This document shows, piece after piece, positions 41,158 through 49,635 of a stretch of 49,635 bases of DNA. This stretch comes from Deltaproteobacteria bacterium RIFOXYA12_FULL_61_11 (GTDB lineage Bacteria > Bdellovibrionota_F > JAHFAK01 > YA12-FULL-61-11). Under the pieces are notes generated by a model that was not told where the DNA came from, did not search any database, and was given only the letters and a program-made list of their open reading frames with translations. A program made the translations under genes and the position numbers. The stretch lies in contig MGSU01000091.1 in the NCBI GenBank assembly GCA_001799195.1, positions 1 to 49,635 on the forward strand. Direction: 5' to 3'. Positions within the stretch are counted from its first letter, which is position 1; the number at the start of each line of letters is the position of its first letter.

Positions 41158-42579
41158 TCATCCTTCGAGACCGAACTTCTCTAACCTCCTTTTGAACGCA
41201 TGCCGACTAATACCAAGAAGCTGCGCCGCGCGTGTGCGATTCCCGCTCGCGCGAATCATGGCTTGATCTACCAAGGCACGTTCACAATGCTCGAATAGGT
41301 CTTGTCCACTGTCGAGTCGGAGTTCGAGAACTACGCGGTCTTCTTCCTCGACCTGACCTTGCAATGGCAATCCCGTATTTCTAGGGGTTTCGAAGGTGAG
41401 CACCTCCCCCTTGGCTAAAATAACCGCTTGCTCGATGATGTTACGTAACTCACGAACATTTCCGGGGAAAGGGTAACTTGTGAGAAACCGCTCCGCCTCC
41501 GCTGAAAATCCTTTGAGGTTCCTACGGAAATCACGGTTGAACTGCTCGAGGAACCGCCTAGCGAGAAACATGACGTCTCCATCGCGCTGTCGGAGAGGTG
41601 GCAGATCAATGGTGAAAACCTTCAGACGGTAATAGAGATCTTCACGAAATAACTTTCTTTCAACCTGGAGATGCAGGTCGTTATTGGTCGCGGCCATGAA
41701 ACGTACATCTACCCGCAGATCTCGAGTTCCGCCAAGTCGGCGGAAGGTTCGCTCTTGCACTAAGCGTAACAACTTGGCCTGGAGTGGCGCTTCGAGGTCC
41801 CCAATTTCATCAAGAAAGAGAGTCCCCCCATTCGCTGCTTCGACCATTCCTGGTTTGGTGCGGGATGCATCGGTAAAGGCCCCCCGCTCATATCCGAATA
41901 GTTCGCTCTCGAGAAGATTCGCGGGCATAGTCGTGCAATCCAACGCCACGAGCGGACGCTTGCTGCGAGGGCTGAGATCATGAATCGCCCTGGCCACCAA
42001 TTCTTTGCCCGTTCCACTTTCACCCTGAATGAGTACCGTGGTGTTTTCGGTCTCGGCTACTTCACGGATCCGACAGAAAACAGCTTGCATCGCCGGACAT
42101 TCACCAAGTAAATTGCGGAAACCGTTCTGTTCACTCTGCCGTTCCCGGAATACCGATAGATCACGCTCCATGATAATGAGATCAAGGTTCTTGCGCACCT
42201 TGAAAATCAACTCTGGTAAGTCCATGGACTTGACCAAGAAATCTTTGGCGCCATGGTTTACCGCCTCTACCGCCGCCTCAACACTGCCGTAGGCCGTCAT
42301 CATCATGAAAGTAACCGGGTGTCCCTCTGCGCGAAGACGCTTGAGGAGCTCCAATCCAGTCATGTGAGGGAGGAGATAATCACAAAGAACCAAATCATAC
42401 TCTTTCCCAAGAATCTCTCGATAGGCTGTTATTCCATCATGACAACACTCGACGAGATAGCCTTCTCGCTCGAGTAACTTTCGCAACGCTCTAGCGAAAA
42501 CCTCCTCATCATCCACGATGAGTATCCTTTTCGTACTTCCCCCACGCGCGGTATTGCTCAATACAGGGTTCCTGACCAT
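41158..42579 (-). CDS. sigma54-dependent response regulator (NtrC family)
   Basis: Receiver domain, [44 protein letters not shown], Fis-type HTH. Confidence 0.93.
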   Translation of the reverse strand: MVRNPVLSNTARGGSTKRILIVDDEEVFARALRKLLEREGYLVECCHDGITAYREILGKEYDLVLCDYLLPHMTGLELLKRLRAEGHPVTFMMMTAYGSVEAAVEAVNHGAKDFLVKSMDLPELIFKVRKNLDLIIMERDLSVFRERQSEQNGFRNLLGECPAMQAVFCRIREVAETENTTVLIQGESGTGKELVARAIHDLSPRSKRPLVALDCTTMPANLLESELFGYERGAFTDASRTKPGMVEAANGGTLFLDEIGDLEAPLQAKLLRLVQERTFRRLGGTRDLRVDVRFMAATNNDLHLQVERKLFREDLYYRLKVFTIDLPPLRQRDGDVMFLARRFLEQFNRDFRRNLKGFSAEAERFLTSYPFPGNVRELRNIIEQAVILAKGEVLTFETPRNTGLPLQGQVEEEDRVVLELRLDSGQDLFEHCERALVDQAMIRASGNRTRAAQLLGISRHAFKRRLEKFGLEG

Positions 42580-42588
42580 TTTACTCGC

Positions 42589-44418
42589 TCACTCAACGGT
42601 CACACTTTTAGCCAGATTGCGCGGCTGATCCACATCGGTTCCGAGCAGAACAGCGATCGAGTAAGCGAGGTATTGAAGCGGAATAACGGTGAGCAGTGGG
42701 GAGAGTACTTCAGCACACAGAGGTAGGGAAAATACTTCATCGCAGAATTGAGGAGTGCTGTGATCTCCCTCGGTGATGATCCCAATAACCTTGCCATTCC
42801 TGGCTTTGGCCTCCTCAAGATTGCTTAGGATCTTCTCGTGGGTGCGACTACCCATAGGGGCTACTACCACAACAGGCATATGTTCGTCGATTAAGGCAAT
42901 CGGGCCGTGTTTCATTTCCCCCGCTGCATATCCCTCCGCATGGATATAGGAAATTTCTTTGAGTTTCAGAGCCCCTTCTAGCGCTATGGGATAATTGATC
43001 CCTCGTCCTAGATAGAGGAAATCCCGACAATGGAAAAATCGATGAGAGATATTGTCGAGTTCTACGAGCCTATCTAGGACACTAGAAATCAGAGGAGGTA
43101 TACGTAACAATCCAAGGACAATATCGTGTTCATGCTCAAGGGGTAGTTTTCCGTTTTTGCGACCAAGATACAAGCTCAAGAGATAGAGCATTGCCAACTG
43201 GGTGGTAAAAGCCTTGGTCGAAGCAACTCCTATCTCGGGTCCGGCATGTGTGAAGAGTACATGATCGGCACTTCTGGCAATGGTAGAGTCTATCACGTTG
43301 CAAATAGCAACCGTTATTGCCCCACGCCCTTTTGCTTCGTTCATCGCCGCCAATGTATCAGCCGTTTCCCCTGACTGAGAGATGGGTACGACCAATGTGT
43401 CAGGAAGTACGATGGGGTCACGGTACCGGTATTCAGAAGAGAGATCGACTTCCACAGGTATTCTCGCCAGTTTCTCTATCAAGAATTTACCCACCATACA
43501 AGCATGACCTGCGGTTCCACATCCCAAGAGGACGACCTTTGACACCTGGCTCAATTCGGACACATTCTCGAGCTCCTCAAGGATAATCCGATTGGTGGAT
43601 TTATCTACGCGCTCCATAATGGTATCAATCAACGCTCGTGGTTGTTCGTGAATCTCCTTGAGCATGAAATGTTTATACCCGAGTTTTTCTACCATGATCG
43701 GTGACCACGTGACGTTGTGTGACGACCGTTCTACAATCTCAAGGTTCCTATCGTAAATAACCACCTTCTGTCGCGTTACCACCGCGATCTCGTCGTCCTC
43801 GAGGTGTTTGATCTCACGCGTATAGTTGACTATTGCAGGAATATCTGATGCAATGAATTGTTCATCTTTCCCACATCCGATGACCAGGGGACTGTTCCGT
43901 TTTGTGGCAATAAAACGATCTGGCTCACTCGTGGCAAGAATTCCGAGGGCGAAAGACCCTTCCAGCCGCGAAACTGCGATTTTCACAGCATGAACGAAGT
44001 CATATCCTGTGTCGAACGCTCGTTGGATGAGGTGGGCAATGACTTCAGTGTCAGTCTCAGAGTAAAATTCGTGCCCCTCGAGCATAAGGGATCGCTTTAA
44101 TTCAAGATAGTTCTCCACAATACCATTGTGCACGATAACAATATTCCCGTGACGGTGTGGATGTGCATTGGTTTCACTCGGTTTACCATGGGTAGCCCAA
44201 CGCGTGTGTCCAATGCCAAGACGCCCGGAAAGATGTCTGTCCCGGAGCTTGTCTCTTAGATTGCTGAGTTTCCCTGCACTCTTGACCACCTCAAGGTCAT
44301 CACCGGTCATCACAGCTACCCCAGCAGAATCATAGCCGCGGTATTCCAATCTCTGTAAACCTTCGAGAATCACCTCTAAGACATCGCGGTCACCAATGTA
44401 ACCAATAATTCCACACAT
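42589..44418 (-). CDS. glmS: Glutamine--fructose-6-phosphate aminotransferase
   Basis: MCGIIG, LEYRGYDSAG, GHTRWATHG, PRNLAKSVTVE. Confidence 0.98.
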   Translation of the reverse strand: MCGIIGYIGDRDVLEVILEGLQRLEYRGYDSAGVAVMTGDDLEVVKSAGKLSNLRDKLRDRHLSGRLGIGHTRWATHGKPSETNAHPHRHGNIVIVHNGIVENYLELKRSLMLEGHEFYSETDTEVIAHLIQRAFDTGYDFVHAVKIAVSRLEGSFALGILATSEPDRFIATKRNSPLVIGCGKDEQFIASDIPAIVNYTREIKHLEDDEIAVVTRQKVVIYDRNLEIVERSSHNVTWSPIMVEKLGYKHFMLKEIHEQPRALIDTIMERVDKSTNRIILEELENVSELSQVSKVVLLGCGTAGHACMVGKFLIEKLARIPVEVDLSSEYRYRDPIVLPDTLVVPISQSGETADTLAAMNEAKGRGAITVAICNVIDSTIARSADHVLFTHAGPEIGVASTKAFTTQLAMLYLLSLYLGRKNGKLPLEHEHDIVLGLLRIPPLISSVLDRLVELDNISHRFFHCRDFLYLGRGINYPIALEGALKLKEISYIHAEGYAAGEMKHGPIALIDEHMPVVVVAPMGSRTHEKILSNLEEAKARNGKVIGIITEGDHSTPQFCDEVFSLPLCAEVLSPLLTVIPLQYLAYSIAVLLGTDVDQPRNLAKSVTVE

Positions 44419-44422
44419 AGGG

Positions 44423-45370
44423 TTACCTCTGTCCGCGCCAATTGACTAGCGAATCGTTCGACACTTCTCCGTCAATTACGCTATTTGGGCCTAGTATGCA
44501 ATTCCTGCCGATTCTTGCTCCTCTGTATAAATAACAACCTGGATAAATAACACTATCTTGTCCTATCTTAACTTCAATTTCAATATGAGTTGTCTTGGGA
44601 TCGAGTATGGTAACTCCTGCAGAGAGGTGTTCATCAATGATTCGATCATGAAGACAAGCAGCAACACGGGTAAGGTCGTCACGTGTGTTAACCCCGAGCA
44701 TCTCTCGCTCGTCCTCAAGGAGAAATAGTCCTGCAGTACCTCGAGCGGCTGCCAGCGCAATTACATCGGTAAGATAGTATTCTCTCTGGATATTTTCGGT
44801 GGTTAATTGTTCCAAAGAACCTAGCAAAAAGGGCAAATCAAATAAATATATTGATGAATTCACTAAATTCAGACCCCGAGTTACCGTATCTGCGTCTTTG
44901 TATTCTACGATACGTTGCGGTTTTCCCTTCTCGTCTAATAGTACTCGGCCATATCCCCCGGGTTCTTCTAGCCTCGCCGCGACAAGACACACCTCTTCTT
45001 CTTCCTCACGAGCAAGCAAACGCTCGAGGGTACCAACGCTGACTAACGGGCAATCCCCGGGAACTACCAATACCCGTGTTCCCTGCTCTAGAAGGAATTT
45101 CCGAGAGCACATGACCGCATGACCGGTTCCGAGTTGTTGTTCTTGGAATATCGTAGAAATCTTCCCTACCACGGAATCTAGTATAGAGTGGACCCGCTCC
45201 GCCTGATGTCCAATCACACAACCGATAGAACCACGCACTACTTTTTGTAGTGTATGTATGAGGTGCTCAAGAATAGAGGCCCCATACACAACATGCAAGA
45301 CCTTTATTTCAGATGATTTCATCCTTGTACCTTGTCCTGCCGCTAGTATTAGAGTCGTGCATGAATTCAT
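44423..45370 (-). CDS. glmU: GlmU-like GlcNAc-1-P uridyltransferase, short form lacking most of the acetyltransferase beta-helix
   Basis: LAAGQGTRMKS, QLGTGHAV, GYGRV, EYYLTD, GVN; ends at 315 aa. Confidence 0.85.
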   Translation of the reverse strand: MNSCTTLILAAGQGTRMKSSEIKVLHVVYGASILEHLIHTLQKVVRGSIGCVIGHQAERVHSILDSVVGKISTIFQEQQLGTGHAVMCSRKFLLEQGTRVLVVPGDCPLVSVGTLERLLAREEEEEVCLVAARLEEPGGYGRVLLDEKGKPQRIVEYKDADTVTRGLNLVNSSIYLFDLPFLLGSLEQLTTENIQREYYLTDVIALAAARGTAGLFLLEDEREMLGVNTRDDLTRVAACLHDRIIDEHLSAGVTILDPKTTHIEIEVKIGQDSVIYPGCYLYRGARIGRNCILGPNSVIDGEVSNDSLVNWRGQR

Positions 45371-46182
45371 TTTCCCTCCACAAGCTGTTCAGGGAAGATT
45401 AGCGTCACAGTGGTTCCTTTCCCTGGGCTTGAGCACAATTCAAGATGTCCCCCAATATCTTGCATGAAGCGCTTCGCTAGGTACAATCCAAGCCCTGTCC
45501 CTCCGGCCTTTCCAGAGCTGAAGAATGGCTCAAAGACTCGTTCTAACACTTCGGAGGTCATGCCAATCCCACCATCTTCTACGACTACTGCGCCTCCACC
45601 AACTCGTTTCTCTACTGTGACCTTGATTTTCCCATCATTGTTGCGAACAGCTTGGCAAGCATTGAGGAGTACATTACAGAGCACCTGATCAGCTCTTCCC
45701 CTGTCTAGTATTAATTCTATAGTCTCGAAAGCTCGTTTGTGTTCAATAATTCTATTTCTATTATCTAATTCTTTGATGAAAGTAATCCCGGACGCAACAA
45801 ATTCGTCAAGGTCGACCTGTTTCAAGAGCGTCTCCTCTCCGGTAGAAATTCTTCTCATGGTTTGTATAGTTTCTAAAGCTCGGTGAGATACCATTTTACA
45901 ACTTTCCAGGAGCTTCCCCACATCAGTGAGCATATATTCCAGGTCATGTTCAGACCGAAATCTCTTCAATATTTCATTATCCTCTGGTTCGACCCGGCTT
46001 TTTCCTACAAGGTTGATAAATCCGACAATGGCTTCTCGGTATTCATCCAAGACCTGTAGATTCGCCAGTATCGCATGCAGCGGATTGTTCAGTTCGTGGA
46101 TCAGTCCAGCTGCATGTAACCCTAGCCAAGCCAGTTTTGCAACCCGTACCTCGTCCAATTCTCCTAGCTCTTTCGTTTCCAA
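45367..46182 (-). CDS. Cytoplasmic histidine kinase (NtrB-like)
   Basis: AGLIHELNNPL, NVLLNACQA, EDGGIG, FEPFFS, GTGLGL. Confidence 0.9.
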   Translation of the reverse strand: METKELGELDEVRVAKLAWLGLHAAGLIHELNNPLHAILANLQVLDEYREAIVGFINLVGKSRVEPEDNEILKRFRSEHDLEYMLTDVGKLLESCKMVSHRALETIQTMRRISTGEETLLKQVDLDEFVASGITFIKELDNRNRIIEHKRAFETIELILDRGRADQVLCNVLLNACQAVRNNDGKIKVTVEKRVGGGAVVVEDGGIGMTSEVLERVFEPFFSSGKAGGTGLGLYLAKRFMQDIGGHLELCSSPGKGTTVTLIFPEQLVEGK

Positions 46183-46193
46183 TTTCTCTCCGT

Positions 46194-47495
46194 TTATTGT
46201 TGAAATAATGCTTCAGTAAATTCTGAGGCATTGAAAGGTCTCAGGTCATCCATTCGTTCCCCAATCCCTATGTATTTAACCGGTATACCAAGCTCATCGA
46301 CAATCCCAATGATGATACCACCTTTAGCAGTTCCATCGAGTTTTGTTAACACAATGTCAGTGACTCTAGTAGCTGATCTGAACTCTTTCGCCTGAACAAT
46401 GGCGTTTTGCCCGGTTGTTGCATCTAGTACTAAAAGAACTTCATGCGGTGATCCAGGTAGAACCTTCTCGCTTGTTCGTTGCATCTTGCTCAGCTCTTCC
46501 ATAAGGTTCTTCTTTGTATGCAATCGCCCCGCAGTGTCGATAATTAGTACATCATATGCATTATTCTTCGCGTTGTTCACGGCTTCGAATAAGACAGAAG
46601 AAGGATCAGCACCTTCATGCTGTTTAACAAGCTCAACACCGACAACTTCGCACCAACGTTCTAATTGTTCAATAGCTGCCGCCCTATATGTATCCGCTGC
46701 CGCAACTAAGACCTTTCGTCCTTGATTAAGATGTAATTTTGCTAATTTTGCGATTGTTGTCGTTTTACCCGCTCCATTAACCCCTACCATAAGAATTACC
46801 TGGGGCTTCTCAATTAATTCATAGGTGGATTTCTTCGACGATAGTATTTCACAAATCTGTTGCACAAGGAGTTCACTGATGGTCTCAACCCGATCATGTC
46901 TATCAATGTGTGCATTTATTTTCTCGAGGAGTTTGTGGGTAGTACGAACCCCAAGATCTGCTGTTATTAGTGTCTCTTCTAGCTCCTCAATCATTTGATG
47001 GTCTACCGTTGTTTTTCCCTTCAGTAGAGCTTCTATTCGCTTTATAAAACCTCGTCGGGTTGCTTCTAACCCTTGGCGTAGTCGTTGAATGTAATTGTAT
47101 TCTTCTTTGTTCTCTCTGTTCAGATCAGGAGGGCCATGTTCTTGCTCTGTTCTCTCGTCTTCGCTTTCCTCATCTTCTCGTGCTCCCTGTTCTTCAACGT
47201 CTTCCCGATGACTTGCAAGTTCCTCCAGGTCCACTGCTTTCTGTATTTCTGGACTCTGTTCTACTTTCAGTCCCTCGTCCACTCCAGTTTCGTCTTCCCG
47301 TTGTCTCCTTACATTACCTCGTCTTGACTCTTCTTGTTCTTGATCCTCTTCTTTATTTATTAGAATGAAAATAATAAGGATTAAGCAGAAAAGAACAGTG
47401 TAAATGAGGGAGAATAGGAGAAATTGGTCATCCATAACCATAGATTCCCACCTCTCGTAACCAAGATAGTTTGCTATGGATTCAAGTATATTCAT
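46194..47495 (-). CDS. ftsY: SRP receptor FtsY with N-terminal TM anchor and acidic domain
   Basis: GVNGAGKTTTIAKLA, DTYRAAA, DTAGRLH, TKLDGTAKGG. Confidence 0.96.
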   Translation of the reverse strand: MNILESIANYLGYERWESMVMDDQFLLFSLIYTVLFCLILIIFILINKEEDQEQEESRRGNVRRQREDETGVDEGLKVEQSPEIQKAVDLEELASHREDVEEQGAREDEESEDERTEQEHGPPDLNRENKEEYNYIQRLRQGLEATRRGFIKRIEALLKGKTTVDHQMIEELEETLITADLGVRTTHKLLEKINAHIDRHDRVETISELLVQQICEILSSKKSTYELIEKPQVILMVGVNGAGKTTTIAKLAKLHLNQGRKVLVAAADTYRAAAIEQLERWCEVVGVELVKQHEGADPSSVLFEAVNNAKNNAYDVLIIDTAGRLHTKKNLMEELSKMQRTSEKVLPGSPHEVLLVLDATTGQNAIVQAKEFRSATRVTDIVLTKLDGTAKGGIIIGIVDELGIPVKYIGIGERMDDLRPFNASEFTEALFQQ

Positions 47496-47564
47496 GATGC
47501 TCTCTATCCTTGAGGCTCACTTTAGCCTTCGGTCGGTTGGGAAATCCCACCCAGAAACGTTTCG

Positions 47565-47593
47565 TTTGTAGTTGTCGGTGTAGAAAATGTCAA
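47565..47593 (-). promoter_or_regulatory. sigma70-type promoter for the ftsY operon
   Basis: Minus strand TTGACA-N17-TACAAA. Confidence 0.5.
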
Positions 47594-47682
47594 CGAGAAA
47601 ACTAATAGTACAGTATACATTCAGAATCGATTTTCTTGCTATGAATTAGTTCCTGTTACATGATGGTGACTTTTCTTATGTT

Positions 47683-48220
47683 GTCACCCCTGATAAATCT
47701 CCTCGTCAAGCAGCGTACTCTTCACACACAATCGAAGGAACGGCTCGAAAGATGTGGAGGAGGATAGTAAAATACGGAAAAAGAAAAGTCCTCCCCCGGG
47801 AGAGAACGGCGAGGAGCTTATTGAGGTTGTACCCTGCTCCGCTGAGCAGGGCATTGACCCGATCGCCGGAGGAGTGGCGATAGAAGTTGCGATCCATGCG
47901 ATGATCGGTTTTCAGATGGCCGATGATGGGTTCGACGGCGGCCCGACGTTTCCACCAGCGACGTTCCCACGCTGAAGGCGCCTTCTTCCTGCGATCGACG
48001 ATGTGGACCTTCACCTCACCTTGGTATCCGGACCCGCGATAACCTAGATCGCAATACGCATGTTTGGGCGTCACCCCAGTCAACCGGCCGACCTGCTCAA
48101 GAGCTGCAGCCAAGGTGTGCCCATCATACGGGTTGTTGGGACACACCAAACTGCCCACACACCAATTGCCGACCGCGGTCGCCGCCACAGAAACATTGAC
48201 CCCGAACTCGTACTTCTTGC
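47683..48220 (-). mobile_element. IS5-family element, 3' part (transposase C-terminus 47706..48220), interrupted
   Basis: KKYEFG..VS, NPYDGHTL, DLGYRG, RRAAVEPIIGHLK.DHRM.RN; IR-like end gtcacccctgataaa at 47683. Confidence 0.85.
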
Positions 48221-49497
48221 GTAAGCGCGTAATTATCCCCACCCCGAGCAACAAACTTTCGTGATTTTGGCTCTCCTGACCAAGCCGAGGGTGCGTCGAC
48301 GAGAAGACTTCATCGTATCCCGGTCCAACCGGCATGCGTGGGAACGGACGAGGTACGGTGGATGGAGGATCAGAGGGTGAAGGCCTGGACGAGCGGTGTA
48401 TTGGCGGCGAAGGGCAGAAGCAGTTCGTAGTCCGCGAGGCTGGCGGCGTGGGGGAGTTTGGTGAAGAGGTAGACCAGGTAGCGGTAGGGATCGAGACCGT
48501 TCATCTTTGCGGTTTCGATCAGGGAGAAGAGGGCGGCCGAGGCGTCGGCCCCCTCGGGCACACCGGCGAAGAGCCAGTTGTTGCGGCCGATGACAAAGGG
48601 GCGGATGGCCCGTTCGACGGCATTGTTGTCGATTTCGACGTGCCCATTCTCGACGTAGCGGCTCAGCCGGGGCCACTGGTTGACGGTATAGCTGATCGCT
48701 TTGCCCAGGAGACTGGTCGGATCAACCTGCGGTTGGACCTCGTGGAGCAGGGCGCGCAAGCTCGTCAGGACCGGGACTGCTTCCGCTTGGCGGAGGGCTT
48801 TGCGCAGGTCCGGCGACAACGCTGCTTCGCGAGCCTTCTTCTCCACCGCGTACAGTTGCTGGAAGAGTTTGAGGAACTGTGCCGCCATGGTCGGTTTGCC
48901 CTTCTGTTTGCCGCTCTTATGTGCCAACTCGGCAAGGGCCACAAAGTTGCGCCGCGCGTGGGCCATACACCCATACAGGGTGAGGCCCGGAAGGGTCTCC
49001 AGCCGGTTGTAACCATCAAAGCCATCGCACTGGACCCCGCCGCGATAGCCTTGCAGGAACTCCACGGCCACGGTGCCCGAGCGAGTTGGCCGGTACTGGT
49101 AGAGCACGGCGCGCTGCTCGGGGACACCCCCGAGGAAGACCCACATGTACGAACGCTGCCGGGCGGTTCGCCCGGGTTCCTCCAGTACCTGGAGTACCGT
49201 TTCGTCCGCTCCGATCACCGGCCCCTCCAGGATCGCGTCCGCGAGTAGGTTGGGCAGCGGTTGCACCGCCTCACCCACCTTCATCGCCCAGGTGCATAAG
49301 GTCCGTCGCGTCACCTCAATCCCATGGCGGGCAAGGATCTTTTCCTGGCGGTAGAACGGCAGATGGTCACAGAACTTCCGGACCATCACGGAGGCCAGAA
49401 GGCCAGGGGTAGCGATCGACCGGGGGATGAGCTCCGGTTCCCGCGGTGCCATTTTCACCGCGGTGTCTTCGCTTCCCTCACAGCGAGGACACGCATA
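48221..49497 (-). mobile_element. tnpC: IS66-family element, right part with 5'-truncated tnpC (48370..49497)
   Basis: Terminal GTAAGCG at 48221; YACPRC, KFCDHLPFYRQ, ADET, CMAHARR.F, IDNNAVERAIRPFVIGRNNWLF. Confidence 0.9.
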
Positions 49498-49635
49498 CCC
49501 TTTGTGCCAATGAAGAGTGAGACAGAAATGGAGGTTAAGTTTATTGTAGAGGAGAGGGCGGGAAGGAGCACGAAGGATGAAGAAGCAAGAGAAGGAAGCA
49601 ACGAGAGCCGGGTCACCGGAGGGAGACCGGAGGTC
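49498..49635. other. Unrelated sequence interrupting tnpC, possibly the end of a third IS
   Basis: TnpC similarity stops abruptly just upstream of YACPRC; purine-rich sequence follows on the + strand. Confidence 0.4.

Noticed and set aside
44419-44480. glmS ribozyme
   Set aside because: glmU ends 4 nt before glmS, so there is no leader to hold it
47600-47680. Possible MITE or IS630 remnant next to the IS5 end
   Set aside because: No clear terminal inverted repeat pair or target duplication found

Overview
Mostly core chromosomal DNA, probably from a 'deltaproteobacterial' (Myxococcota/Bdellovibrionota-like) organism, inferred from MglA, a FrzS-like receiver, PilZ, MYXO-CTERM-like tails and sigma54 promoters. 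From left to right: two tandem secreted Asp/Gly/Trp-repeat paralogs; an mlaE-mlaE-mlaF ABC module; a nucleotidyltransferase; a sigma54-type operon with a small protein and comEA; an ftsK - UshA-like(CGC) - radical SAM/SPASM gene run; a TMTC-like glycosyltransferase; signalling genes; ppiD; dnaB-rplI-DUF2232-rpsR-rpsF; groL-groS; an orphan MglA; surface-anchored proteins; a long minus-strand run from ftsY through glmU, glmS, uxs and wzi to a FrzS-like receiver and PilZ; and nested IS fragments at the right end. The best candidate for a new system is an unannotated 28-aa ORF (8905..8991, MSKPMIRKLTTTKKGKALAKCPFTDERG) with a strong RBS, starting 30 nt after the stop of an RRE-bearing radical SAM/SPASM enzyme. 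It has one CX3D motif, which suggests a minimal single-ring ranthipeptide-type RiPP. All calls come from reading the sequence; no database searches were run.
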